From Chiloscyllium plagiosum (lineage: Eukaryota): a stretch of DNA of 64,000 nucleotides. The stretch is from the NCBI RefSeq assembly GCF_004010195.1, contig NC_057720.1, positions 7,739,117 to 7,803,116 on the forward strand. Direction: 5' to 3'. The notes below the pieces were generated by a model. It was not told where the DNA came from. It saw only the letters and a list, made by a program, of their open reading frames with translations, and did no database searches. Positions 11,975 to 24,260 of this stretch are shown here, in pieces. How positions within the stretch are numbered: position 1 is the first letter of the stretch; each line of letters begins with the position of its first letter. The position numbers and the translations under genes were made by a program.

Positions 11975-12320
11975 CACAGCGTGGATGTTGGGAAAATGTT
12001 TCCATTGGTAGGAGAGACTAGAACCTGAGGGCACAGCCTTAAAGAGAAGGCCCTTTGGAACCGAGATAAGGAGAAACATCTTCAGCCAGAGAGTGGGGAA
12101 TCTATGGAATTCATTGTTAAAGAAGGCTGTGGAGGCCAGGTCTTTTGAGTCTATTTAAGACAGAGAGAGAGATAGGTTCTTGATTGTCAAAGGGATCAAG
12201 GGTTATGAGGAGAAAGCGGGAGAAAAGTTTCTCAACCCCAATCAGCCATATTTGTATGGCAGAGCAGATTCAATGGACTGAATGGCCTAATTTCTGCCCC
12301 TATGTCTTATGGTCTTGTGG
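11975..12320 (+). mobile_element. CR1 LINE 3' end
   Basis: gagactagaacctgagggcacagcct...ttcagccagagagtgg...ggactgaatggcctaa. Confidence 0.8.
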
Positions 12321-13254
12321 CCTATCGTCTGACTCCGAGGTGAAAGCAGTGCCAACTCATCTGTGGCTGTCAAAACCCATTAGACTGATGACCCCTCCAC
12401 CCTTTAAAGATGGACCCAAGAGTGGTACCATTTTATGATCAGGTATCAGAGCAGGGCAGATCCATCAAATGGTTTCTTCGACACTTCAGAGTGTATAATA
12501 AAGAAATAGCTGCGAGATGTTTTGGAAGAAAATCGTAAAAGGCACTTCATAAATGTAAGATTCTCTTTTGCTGCAGAGGGGCGAAGGTGTAGATTGGATT
12601 TTTACTTTCTAGTCCTCTGACACTGTACCAAAAAAAAGTGTTCACCAACCACCTGCTTAGCTTTGCACCCGACAATCGATGCTTTTCTAAAGGAAGACAA
12701 AAAATAAATGTATTAAACAGCTGAGGTCCTGGTGAATTACAAAGCTTTGCGTTTTTGTGATTTTAAAATTCCGCTTGTCAAATTAGAATCATTCACCTTC
12801 ATCTCTTCAAAGCGGAAAAGCAAAACATCCTGCTGAGCACAGCTTTTTCCCAGTTCCCATCCTATATTATCTCCTCCTGCCTTGCTTATCATGTATTTTT
12901 CATTGCAGCTTCCTTTCTCCAGCCTGCCAACATTTCCCCCATCATTTTCCACTCCCACATCCCTCCTCCTCCACCCCCTGCACCCGAAAAGGTCCAAGGA
13001 ATTGTCGATTCTCCTGCTTCTCAGATGCTGCCGGACCTGCTGTGCTTTTCCAGCATCTGCAGTCCTCACTTTCTCCAAGGGACCCTGCAACCCAGCAGCA
13101 TTTCAGAACTTCATCCAGGACATGATAACGCGTGGCGCTGGTAAAGCACAGCCAGTCAGGCAGCATCCGAGGAGCAGGAGAGTTGATGATTCGGGCAGAA
13201 GTGTGAACCTTCACTCTCTCTACAGAGTGGCAGCTGTGTGGGCCATCGGCAAAA

Positions 13255-13472
13255 TAAAATCACCACAGTCCCACCAAACAATAGGGTTGTTGTTGCGTTA
13301 GAGAGAGGGAGGGAGAGATGGAATGGGTGGTGTTTAACCAGAACATCACCATGCCTTAGACAAGGAAACATCTCGAGAAGACAGTCTTTCATGGGTAACC
13401 TCAGCCCAGTGCAGGAATTGAACTCACATTGTTGTGAACACACTGCATCACAAATGAGCCATCCAGGCTAAA
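13255..13472 (-). mobile_element. tRNA-headed SINE of a further family
   Basis: Minus strand: ...gtgagttcaattcc (B-box)...gctgaggttacc...ggttaaacaccacc; a related fragment at 16277-16355 is interrupted by HE1. Confidence 0.5.
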
Positions 13473-13919
13473 CACTCACCAAGTCTCCTTGCAGAGTAAT
13501 GCCCAAAGCCAACGCCAACATTTCCAGCAGCCAACAGGGCAACACCGTCAGGTTCACACAGGAGGCAATGGTCCACGCTGACTGTGTGCTCCATCTTCTC
13601 TGCTCGCAAGGACTGCAATTCTGAATTTTTGATGTGTTTATTCTAATTTATTCTGAAGATTTTGTACCGAGATACCTTTTGTAACTAAGGTGACACAAAG
13701 GACTGGAATGCTGGACTTTCTATTTCTCTGTTTATCCTAATTCATTCCTAAGAATCTGTATCTTGTACCCAAGGTGGTCCAGTGAGTGGCGACTTTGTAA
13801 ACTTTTCACTGTACTCGAGAGGATATCTGTGACAATAAAACTCATTCTAATTCTGAAGAAAAAAAAAGTCTCCACCTTCAAATCACACACTGACTCTATG
13901 ACAATGTCGTTCAGGGTTG

Positions 13920-14605
13920 GGGCATAGAGATGTACAGCATGCAAACAGACCCTTCAGTCCAACTAGTCCATGGCGACCAGATATCCCAACCCAATTCAGA
14001 TCCACCTGCCATCACATGGCCCATATCCCTCCAAACCCTTCCTATTCATATACCCATACAGATGCCTTTTAAATTAGATTAGATTATGTACAGTGTGGAA
14101 ACAGGCCCTTCGGTCCAACAAGTCCACACCGACCCGCCGAAGTGCAACCCACCCAGACCCATTCCCCTACATTTACCTCTTCACCTAACACTACTGGCAA
14201 TTTAGCATGGCCAATTCACCTAACCTGCACATTTTTTTGGATTGTGGGAGGAAATCGGAGCACCCGGAGGACACCCACGCAGACACCGGGAGCAAGTGCA
14301 AACTCCACAAGCTTGAGGCGGGAATTGAACCGAGGTCTCTGACGCTGTGAGGCAGCAGTGCTAACCACTGTGCCACCGTACCGCCTACGGCGTTGCAATT
14401 GTACCAGCCTCCACTATTTCCTCTGGCAGTTCATTCCATACATGTACTGCATGAACAAGTTGCCCCTGAGGTCTCTTTTATATCTTTCCCCTCTCACACT
14501 AAACCTATGCCCTCCTTTCTGGACTCCCCCCACCCCAGGGAAGAGACTTTGTCTATTTATCCTATCCATGTCCCTCATATGATTTTATAAACCTCTATAA
14601 AAGTC
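13920..14605 (-). mobile_element. CR1 LINE 3' end interrupted by an HE1 SINE (14073-14385, minus)
   Basis: CR1 tail catagagatgtacagcatg...; CR1 sequence resumes with gttgcaattgtaccagcc after the SINE. Confidence 0.88.
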
Positions 14606-15360
14606 ATTTGTCATTCCTCAATTGTCATTTGCTCAGCACCCAGGGGCTGGAGCAGATCAAGGACGGAGTTTACCACTTTCTGCTCACAGGCAACTAGAGA
14701 TTCAGGAAGAAAAGCTGGCCTTACAAACAGTTCCCACATAACGTCCATATATAAATCAAAAGAACAGTCTTATCATCTGAACCCATATTGTTAGCGTTTG
14801 TAACTTGATTAGTGATGCACAGTTGGAGCTTCTCTTTACTCAGTAAAATGAGGCAGTAATCCTTTCTCTTTATGATGGTCCCCTCCCTCCACTATCCCTC
14901 CTTTCATGTGTCTATCAATGCCAGTGAAACGTGCAATGACTCTGATAGATAATGTAGCCAAAAGAGTTCCAAACCTCAACCACAGCCAAGTGCAAAAATG
15001 TTCCCTAATTTCAGTTCTGGAAAAGCCCACTGCTCGTTTTTAAGCTGTCTCCAAGTCTCCAAGACTTCCCAGGGTGGGAAAAAAAGAGTGCTGCCCTCTG
15101 AGATAATCCCTATTGTACAGGAAGAGGTCATTTGACCCATCAAGTCTGCACTGACCCTCTGAAGAGCCACACAAGAGCCATCATCCAACCCCATAAAAAG
15201 GTAAATAAAGACAAATTACTGCCAAAGCTCAGCAGGTCTGGCAGCATCTGTGGAGAGAAATCAGGGAGCGAACCTACCTCAGGACCCTACATGGTGCTAT
15301 TACTCTGGCTAATCCACCAGTGACACATCCCTGGACACTACCAGGCAATGTTTACTATGG

Positions 15361-16130
15361 GGAGAAAGTGAGGTCTGCAGATGCTGGAGATCAGAGCTGA
15401 AAATGTGTTGCTGGAAAAGCGCAGCAGATCAGGCAGCATCCAGGGAACAGGAGAATCGACGTTTCGGGTATAAGCCCTTCTTCAGGAATGAGGAAAGTGT
15501 GTCCAGCAGGNNNNNNNNNNNNNNNNNNNNNNNNNNNNNNNNNNNNNNNNNNNNNNNNNNNNNNNNNNNNNNNNNNNNNNNNNNNNNNNNNNNNNNNNNN
15601 NNNNNNNNNNNNNNNNNNNNNNNNNNNNNNNNNNNNNNNNNNNNNNNNNNNNNNNNNNNNNNNNNNNNNNNNNNNNNNNNNNNNNNNNNNNNNNNNNNNN
15701 NNNNNNNNNNNNNNNNNNNNNNNNNNNNNNNNNNNNNNNNNNNNNNNNNNNNNNNNNNNNNNNNNNNNNNNNNNNNNNNNNNNNNNNNNNNNNNNNNNNN
15801 NNNNNNNNNNNNNNNNNNNNNNNNNNNNNNNNNNNNNNNNNNNNNNNNNNNNNNNNNNNNNNNNNNNNNNNNNNNNNNNNNNNNNNNNNNNNNNNNNATA
15901 TCCTTGGTGGTGGGGTCCGTTTGGAGGTGGCGGAAATGACGGCGGATGATACGTTGTACATGGAGGTTGGTGGGGTGGTAGGTGAGGACCAGTGGGGTTC
16001 TGTCCTGGTGGCGGTTGGAGGGGTGGGGCTCAAGGGCAGAGGAGCAGGAAGTGGAAGAGATGCGGTGGAGGGCATCGTCGACCATGTCGGGGGGGAAACT
16101 GCGGTCCTTGAAGGAGGCCATCTGGGTTGT
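15361..16130 (-). mobile_element. Penelope-like retroelement 3' part (post-RT linker to terminal repeat), gapped
   Basis: Peptide TTQMASFKDRSFPPDMVDDALHRI...RTPLVLTYHPTNLHVQRIIRRHFRHLQTDP (PLE-type P.V.TYHP motif); terminal repeat contains CUGAAGA-AGGGC-UUAU-ACCC-GAAACGUC. Confidence 0.8.
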
Positions 16131-16356
16131 ACAATGGGTGGAATGAGAAAACCCAAGAGGAAACACGAGAAGAATGTATGTGTGGAGCTTGCATAGTCGC
16201 CCAAGGCTGGAGTTGAATTCGGATTCCTGATGCGGTGAGGTAGCTATGCTGGCCCTTGTGCCACCCCAGAGTCTTTAGTTAGTTCAGTTTGTTCAATAAC
16301 TGGTTTGCAGTGCCAACAGCACTATTCATCTGCCAGCTGAGGTTACCACAAAGGTT

Positions 16357-16681
16357 CATAGAATCAGAGTCCCTACAGTGTGGAAACAGGCCATCCGGCC
16401 CTACAAGTCCACACCAACTCATCAAAGCACATCCAATCCAGACTCCATCCCCATACACTATTCCTTTAACCCTACATCCCTGGACACTATGGGGTAAATT
16501 AGCATAGACAATTCACCTAACCCGCACATCTTTAGAATGTGGGAAGAAACCGGAGCACCCGAAGGAAACCCATGCAGACACGGGGAGAATGTGCAAACTC
16601 CACACAGACCATCGCTAGGAATTGAACTGGAATCCCTGGCATTGAAGCAGCAGTGCGAACCACTGAGCCACCGTGCCGCCC
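16357..16681 (-). mobile_element. HE1-like V-SINE
   Basis: Tail, V-domain and head ending ccaccgtgccgccc. Confidence 0.88.
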
Positions 16682-17150
16682 AGTTTCTGCGTTCTCTACC
16701 TTGCCTAGTGCCTGAGGTTTGATGATCTTCAAATAAACTCATTGCCAGTTGTCTTCCTGAGACACAGTGGGATAGTAGTGATATATATTTTTCTTGTACA
16801 CACACCCCGCCTTGCCACAGGACTCAGTGGCCCCTATGAGTAACCTAAAAGAGATGATCTGCTTTTTGCTGCATTGCAGTTTGTGGCAGATGATTTCCTG
16901 CAGACGTCAACGGTAGATCGGGACTTCCTGAGATTCTGAAAGGCACAACGTAAATGCAAGGTGGTTTATTTTTGCTGGGTCAACCATGAAGCTCTCTGGT
17001 GGAGGGCAAAGTCAAGCTCTGTTCATTTCACGGTTGAACAGCCTGCCAAATATCACAGGGCAGGTTGGGCGAGGAACAATGTATCTGAGCACATTTGCTA
17101 TTGAGCTCTTTAGAAGGAGTCAGCACCTTCCAGGAAAGGAGGTGGAACAT

Positions 17151-17151
<1 letters not shown>

Positions 17152-17213
<62 letters not shown>
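17152..17213. repeat. (GA)n microsatellite
   Basis: About 30 GA units. Confidence 0.97.
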
Positions 17214-17217
<4 letters not shown>

Positions 17218-18124
17218 GCGAGAGAAATAGCTCCAGGGACTGCCGAGATAAATGTGTGAAACTCTGAAAAACTGTACTCTCACTAATTATACATCGCACT
17301 TTGCCACCAGCTGGGAGACACTTTGGATCAATGATTAGAATTCAACTAGTGGCTACAACAGCTTTTACTTCATAGAAGCTCCACAGCATGGAAACAGGCT
17401 ATTTGGCCAATAGTGACCCTCCAAAGAGCACCCCACCCAGACCCACCTTCTTACCATACCCAATCCCAGTGACCCACATTTCTCATGCCAATTCACCTAA
17501 CCTGAACAACTTGTGACCGTGACAGGAAACTGGAGCACCCTGAGGAAACCAAAAGATGGGGTACTGGGTTAATGGACGGATACTTGGTANNNNNNNNNNN
17601 NNNNNNNNNNNNNNNNNNNNNNNNNNNNNNNNNNNNNNNNNNNNNNNNNNNNNNNNNNNNNNNNNNNNNNNNNNNNNNNNNNNNNNNNNNNNNNNNNNNN
17701 NNNNNNNNNNNNNNNNNNNNNNNNNNNNNNNNNNNNNNNNNNNNNNNNNNNNNNNNNNNNNNNNNNNNNNNNNNNNNNNNNNNNNNNNNNNNNNNNNNNN
17801 NNNNNNNNNNNNNNNNNNNNNNNNNNNNNNNNNNNNNNNNNNNNNNNNNNNNNNNNNNNNNNNNNNNNNNNNNNNNNNNNNNNNNNNNNNNNNNNNNNNN
17901 NNNNNNNNNNNNNNNNNNNNNNNNNNNNNNNNNNNNNNNNNNNNNNNNNNNNNNNNNNNNNNNNNNNNNNNNNNNNNNNNNNNNNNNNNNNNNNNNNNNN
18001 NNNNNNNNNNNNNNNNNNNNNNNNNNNNNNNNNNNNNNNNNNNNNNNNNNNNNNNNNNNNNNNNNNNNNNNNNNNNNNNNNNNNNNNNNNNNNNNNNNNN
18101 NNNNNNNNNNNNNNNNNNNNNNNN

Positions 18125-19292
18125 GAAGCACTTTCTGAGGTACTGAGGGAGCACTTTCTGAGATATTGAGGAAGCACTTTCTGAGGTACTGAGGGAGCAC
18201 TTTCTGAGGTATTGAGGGAGCACTATCTGAGGTACTGAGGGAACAAGTTCTGAGGTATTGAGGAAGCACTCTCTGTGGTTCTGAGGAAGAACTATCTGAT
18301 GTACTGAGGGAGCACTTTCTGAGGTATTAAGGAAGCACTATCTGAGGCATTGAGAGAGCAGTTTCTGAGGTATTTAGGGAGCACTTTCTGAGGTACTGAG
18401 TGAGAACTATCGAAGGTACTGAGGGAGAAATCTCTGAGGTACTGAGGGAGCAGTTTCTGATGTATTTAGGGAGCACTTTTGGAGGTACTGAGTGAGAACT
18501 TTCTAAGGTATTGATGGAGCACTTTCTGAGGTATTGAGGTAGCACTTTCTGAGGTACTGAGGGGACACTTTCTGAGGTATTAAGGGATCACTATCTGAGG
18601 CATTGAGGGAGCAATATCTGAGGTACTGAGGGAGCAGTTTCTGAGGTATTCAGGTAGCACTATCTGAGGCATTGAGCGAGCAATATCTGAGGTACTGAGG
18701 GAGCAGTTTCTGAGGTATTTAGGGAGCACTTTCTGAGGTACTGAGTGAGAACTATCTAAGGTACTGAGGGAGAACTCTCTGACGTACTGAGTGAGCAGTT
18801 TCTGAAGTATTGATGGAGCACTTTCTGACGTACTGAGGAAGCGCTAGCTGAGGTTCTGAGTGAGTACTATCTGAGGTACTGAGGGAGCACTTTCTGAGGT
18901 ATTGAGGGAGCACTTTCTGAGGTATTGAGGGAGCACTTTCTGAGGTACTGGGGAGAACTATCTGAGGTATTGTGGGAGCACTATCTGAGGCATTAAGGGA
19001 GAACTATCTGAGGTATTGAAGGAGCACTTTCAGAGTTATTGAGGGAGAACTATCTGAGGTATTGAGGGAGCATTATCTGAGGTATTGAGGGAGAACTATC
19101 TAAGGTATTGAGGAGCACTATCTGAGATATTGAGGGAGAACTATCTGAGGAATTGAGCGAGCACTTTCAGAGGTTTGAGGGAGAACTATCTGAGGTATTG
19201 AAGGAGAACTATCTTAGGTATTGAGGGAGCGCTCTCTGAGGTATTGAGGGAGCACTATCTGAGGTATTGAGGAAGCACTTTCTGAGGAATTG
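18125..19292. repeat. 23-bp minisatellite/satellite, about 50 units
   Basis: Unit ctgaggta(c/t)tgagggagcact(t/a)t; left edge lies in an N-gap. Confidence 0.95.
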
Positions 19293-19304
19293 ATGTAGCA
19301 CTAC

Positions 19305-19966
19305 CTGTACACAAATCTTTGAAAGTTGCCACCCAGGTAAATAGTGCGGTGAAGAAGGCATATGGCGTACTGGCTTTTATTGGTAGAGGAATTGAGTTCC
19401 GGAGTACAAAGGTAATGTTGCAGTTGTATAAGACTCTGGTACGGCCGCATCTGGAGTATTGTGTGCAGTTTTGGTCGCCATACTATAGGAAGGATGTGGA
19501 GGCACTGGACCGGATGCAGAGGAGGTTTACCAGGATGTTGCCTGGTATGGTAGGAAGATCGTATGAGGAAAGGCACTTGGGGCTGTTTTCATTGGAGAAA
19601 GGAAGATTTAGGGGTGACTTGATAGAGGTGTACAAGATGATTAAGGATTTAGATAGGGTCAACAGTGAGAATATTTTTCCACGTATGGAGTCAGCAATGA
19701 CAAGGGGGCATAGCTTTAAATTAAGGGGGGGGGGTGGTAGGTATAGGACAGATGTTAGGGGTAGGTACTTTACTCAGCGAGTTGTGAGTTCATGGAATGC
19801 CCTGCCAGTAGCAGTGGTGGACTCTCCCTCAAGATGGGCAACTAAGCGGGCATTGGATAGGCATATGGAGGATAGTGTGCTAGTGTAGGTTAGGTGGGCT
19901 TGGATCGGCGCAACATCGAGGGCTGAAGGGCCTGTACTGCGCTGTATTCTATCTTCTATGTTCTAT
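19305..19966 (+). mobile_element. Young CR1 LINE 3' part with an open 189-aa ORF2 C-terminus
   Basis: ORF 19319-19888: KKAYGVLAFIGRGIEFRS...LYKTLVRPHLEYCVQFWSPYYRKD...TRGHSFKL...FTQRVVSSWNALP; (ttcta)n-like tail. Confidence 0.92.
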
Positions 19967-20587
19967 GAAACACACGCAGGTTGGGAAGAATGTGCAAACT
20001 CCACACAGGCAGTTGTCCAAGGGTGGGATCGAACCCAGGTCCCTAGTGCTGTAAGGCAGCAGTGCTAACCACTGGGCCATCATGATTAGCACAGCAAGCT
20101 CACGTTCTAGAACAAAACGCCAAAACTGGAGCACCACGTTATCCAGATCAATGTAATAATTGGCCAACTTCCAAATTTCAGGAGAGTGGAGATGGGGGAG
20201 AGCAAAGCAGGCAGTGGGGCGAGAGCTTTCCCCCCACCCTCTTGTCACATTCCCCGGTCAGAACTTCAAAAGGTACAGCCTCTGTAGTTTACACGACAGC
20301 TCTCACACTCAAAATGTAGCGACATAAGCAATGCATTAATGACACCACTGGAGACAGGGACCTTTACAATGTACCAAATGAATTTTTGTTTAAAAATGCA
20401 CAATCTGGAGGTCATTTTCCTAAACATATTACACAAAAGGGAATGAAGTATCTTGAAAAGCCCATGACAGTCTCTGATAATGAAATGCAGTGAGTCCTCC
20501 TAAAGGCAGTTAGGACATCACGACATGAACAACTCTCCTAGATGCTTGGAGTTATGTTGCACTGAGTGCTTGACAACAAATCATGAG

Positions 20588-20680
20588 CCTCATTCCTGAT
20601 GAGCAGCTTATGCTCAAAACGTCAACTCTCCTGCTCCTTGGATGCTGCCTGACTGGCTGTGCTTTTCTAGCACCACACTC
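20588..20680 (+). mobile_element. PLE family 1 terminal element
   Basis: cctcattcctgatgagcagcttatgctcaaaacgtc...gatgctgcctgactggctgtgc. Confidence 0.7.
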
Positions 20681-21136
20681 TTCAACATGGAATGAGTTGT
20701 CAGCAGAAATGGTTGAAGTGGGTAATTAACAACATTGAAAAGGCATTTGGACATATACATGGATAGGAAAGGTTTAGAAGGATATGGGCCAAGTGTGTGG
20801 ACTTGTTGGGCCGAAGGGCCTGTTTCCACACTGTAAGTAATCTAAACTCTTCAACATGGAAGGAGTTGTCAGCAGAAATGGTTGAGGTGGGTAATTAACA
20901 ACATTGAAAAGGCATTTGGACATATACATGGATAGGAAAGGTTTAGAAGGATATGGGCCAAGTTCAGGGAAATGGGGATATCGTGGATGGACATTTTGGT
21001 CAGCATGGACCAGTTTGGGCCGAAGGGCCTGTCTCTGTGTTGTAGGACTATAGGACTTCAGGTTTCTGAAAAACTCATGATATCACATATCTCTACTGGC
21101 TAAAACTCTAAGAGATTCCCCAATATGGATGTCATG

Positions 21137-21254
21137 TAGAAATGCCAGTGTTGGACTGGGGTGGACAAAGTCTGAACTAACATGACACCAGGTTATAGTC
21201 CAAAAATTTATTTAAAATCAACATGTTTCAGTGTACTCCTCCTTCATCAGGTGA
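21137..21254 (-). mobile_element. PLE-type terminal element, family 4, degenerate hammerhead motif
   Basis: Minus strand: cac-CTGATGA-aggag...tgaaacatg...aataaa...ggactataacctggtg...ccaccccagtccaacac. Confidence 0.55.
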
Positions 21255-21434
21255 AATCCAGGGATTCAAGCCCTTTGGTGCACCATGTTACCAATGGACC
21301 CCTTGTTACCCCCATTCGCCCTCACCCAGCCACACTCAGTCTCAGTGAGGTACTACATGTTGTCCCCTCTTGGCCAGCCAAGGGCTTTACCTTCAGCATT
21401 GAGGAATAAAACAAAAAAGGTCAAAATATACAAT

Positions 21435-22075
21435 ACAGCACAGTACAGGACTAGGCCCTTTGGCCCATCAAGCCTGCACAGATTCCTAATTCTTACATAC
21501 ACCCACTTAGCATGAGCACCCATTTCCCATGAGCACTATCCCTCTGTTCACCTCCCGTTCATGCGTCGATGTGACGAATGTTCCTGTTTCCACCACCTCC
21601 AATGGCAATGTGTTGCCCTCACCCACCATCCTCTGAAGAGTTTCCCCACATTTATCCCCTATACTTTCCCCCCTCACCTTGAACCTGTACCCTCTTGTAG
21701 TTGACCTTCCCACCCTGGGAAAAGGCCTCTGATTATCCACTCAATTATGTAGACCTCTATCAGGTCGGCCCTCGGCCTCCATCTTTCCAGTGAAAACTAT
21801 CTGAGTTTATCAAACTTCGAAAACCCTCCAGACCAGCCAACATCCTGGTAAACCTTCTCTGCAGCCTCTCCAAAGCATCCTCTGGTAGTGTCGTGACCAG
21901 AAGTGCACGCAATATTCCAAATGCAGCCGAACTAAAGTTTTCTGCAGCTGTAACATAAAACTTGCCAACTTTTGTACTCTATGCCCAGGCCAGTGAAGGG
22001 AAGCATGCTGTGCTTTAGTGACCAGCTGGCCCATCTGTGCTGCCACTTTGAGGGATTTGTCGACCTGTATGCAGC
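21435..22075 (-). mobile_element. CR1 LINE fragment
   Basis: MLQLQKTLVRLHLEYCVHFWS and TTRGYRFKVRG peptides. Confidence 0.85.
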
Positions 22076-23221
22076 CAGCCCTAGCATCTGACTGTAACAA
22101 TGATGCCCTGCATGTCTGCTAATCTCAGAGGACACTCAGATCAAATTTCTGAGTGTGACTTGTCACTTGTGAGAAGTGGTTCAAGTGTCCCTTTTTGCAG
22201 AATTGTAAGGATGAAAACAGCCTAAAATAAGGCAAGTCGCAGCACAAGCTGCTCGATGGTCTTGCTGTCTCCCACAGAAAAGCAAAGGCCTCCATTCTAA
22301 CGTAAAAATGAATAGTAAAGCATTTGTTTGTTTAAAATCAAAACATAACAGCATCCATTTCCAGTGCTACATATAAAAATCAGAAACATATCTCCCAATA
22401 ATTTATACATACTTTACCTATGGTATGATGTGCAAAGCCTAGGGATTAATTCTCGCCTGTTAAAGTTCGTGGAAAGCAGTCTATTAACATCTCTGACCTT
22501 TGACAAGCAACAACACTTGTGTTGAGTTACAGAATGTTTCAAACAGACAGAGGTGCAATATTATCATCATCTGTACAAGTTGATTAATCAGGTCGTGCCC
22601 TACAGTTTAACACACTATACTGAATGATTACAGATAAAAGAGTTCAGTGGGGAAGTGCTGAAAAATATTCAGCGCCCTGCAACAGCAGCAATATTAATAT
22701 GGGTGAGACTCACAAAGGAATAATGTATTGACACATTACAGTGATCAGCTCAATTCAAAAAGGCACAAATGCAGACCAGGTACACAGATTGCGAACTGTA
22801 CATCAGGATTAGAATTTATTACACAATCTTTTAAAATCAACTAAATTGCTAACCTAAGATGGGCACAGCTAGGTTGATTTATCAAACGATTGAAAACTCA
22901 AGTTACATCTCTGAGCCAGCGTTAGCAATCATGACAGTTATCAACTTTACTCAGCTGACACCACTGTTGGCTCAGAGTCAGTGATAAAGAATGTGAGTTC
23001 AAACCCCTTCTGGAAAGGTATTTTTTTCCCATGACCCTCTCTTTCAAAGTAAGCAACTAGTCTACGGATTTGAATGTCATTGAGCAAGGTCAGAATTGAT
23101 TATCTACCGTGAACTGCCCCTGGAAATGGTGGTGGTGAGCGATTCCTATGAATTACTTGCTAAATACACTAAATTGTTGCTGTTAGGTTGCTTGTTTTTT
23201 GAGGAGAGATTAAGCAGTTTC

Positions 23222-23395
23222 AAGTCCAAAAATGTGCAGGTTAGGTGTATTGGCCATGCTAAATTGCCCGTAGTGTTAGGTGAAGGGGTAAATGTAGGGG
23301 AATGGGTCGGGGTGGGTTGCTCTTCTGAGGGTCGGTGTGGACTTGTTGGGCCGAAGGGCCTGTTTCCTTACTAAGTAATCTAATCTAATCTAAAC
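23222..23395 (+). mobile_element. HE1-like SINE 3' half
   Basis: gtccaaaaatgtgcaggttagg...gggcctgtttcc...(aatct)n. Confidence 0.85.
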
Positions 23396-23409
23396 TAAAT
23401 TTATGCATG

Positions 23410-24260
23410 CTAGAACAGATGAACTAGGAGCAGGAGTAGGCCATCTCGCCCTTCGAGCCTGCTCTGCCATTCAATAAGATCATGGCTGATCTTTTCATGG
23501 CCTCAGCTCCACTTACCCGCCCTCTCAACATAACCCTTAATTCCTTTACTGTTCAAAAATCTATCTTTGCCTTAAAAACATGCAACCAAGTAGCCTCAAC
23601 ACCTTCACTGGGCAGGGAATTCCACAGATTCACAACCTTTTGAGTGTAGAAGTGCCTCCTCAACTCAGTTCCCCGCCCTTATTTTGAGGCTTTGCCCTCT
23701 AGCTCTTGTTTCACCTGCCAGTGGAAATAACCTCCCTGCTTCGATCTTATCTATTACCACCATAATTTTATACGTTTCTATAAGACACCTACTATTCTTG
23801 TAAATTCCAATAAGCATAGACCAAGTCTACTCAATCTCTCCTCAGAGCAACCCTCTCAATACCAGTTTTGAAGAATGAGGAAGACCTAATGATTCATACA
23901 TTCAGGTGTGAAAGGGGATAGTCAAAACAGATATAGCGAGTATGTTTCCCTGTTGTGGAGTAATCTAGAACAAGAGGTCAGAGTTTCAGAAGTGCGGCAG
24001 ATTTAAAACAGCTGGAAAGAGAAATTCGCTAAAAGGCTCATGAATCTGTTCAATTCACTATCCCAAGGTATGGTGGACAGTCGGACGCTGAGTAAATTTA
24101 AGGAGGAGATGGACAGATTTTTAATTTAATGTGTTAAAGGGTTATGGAAAACAGGCAGGAAATTGGGTTTGAGGCCAAGATGAGATCACCCCATTATCGT
24201 ATTAAATGATGGAGCAATCTTGAGGGGCTGAATGGCCTCACCCTGCTTTTAGTTCTTAGG
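23410..24260. mobile_element. Two CR1 3' fragments in opposite orientations
   Basis: gaactaggagcaggagtaggcc tail (minus, to ~23860), then a plus-strand fragment ending gggctgaatggcct. Confidence 0.7.

Larger units (their letters stand above)
17371..20080 (-). mobile_element. HE1-like SINE split in two (17371-17550 and 19967-20080) by a CR1 plus satellite insert
   Basis: ...gagcaccctgaggaaacc breaks off and resumes as gaaacacacgcag...gtgcaaactccacac. Confidence 0.7.

Noticed and set aside
15403..18269. Long ORFs of 150-260 aa in the track
   Set aside because: Their length comes from N-gaps.
18125..19292. CRISPR-like array, or repeat-protein ORFs (MLPQYLRKC...)
   Set aside because: Contiguous 23-bp units with no unique spacers, a eukaryotic context and no cas genes; the ORFs are repeat read-through.
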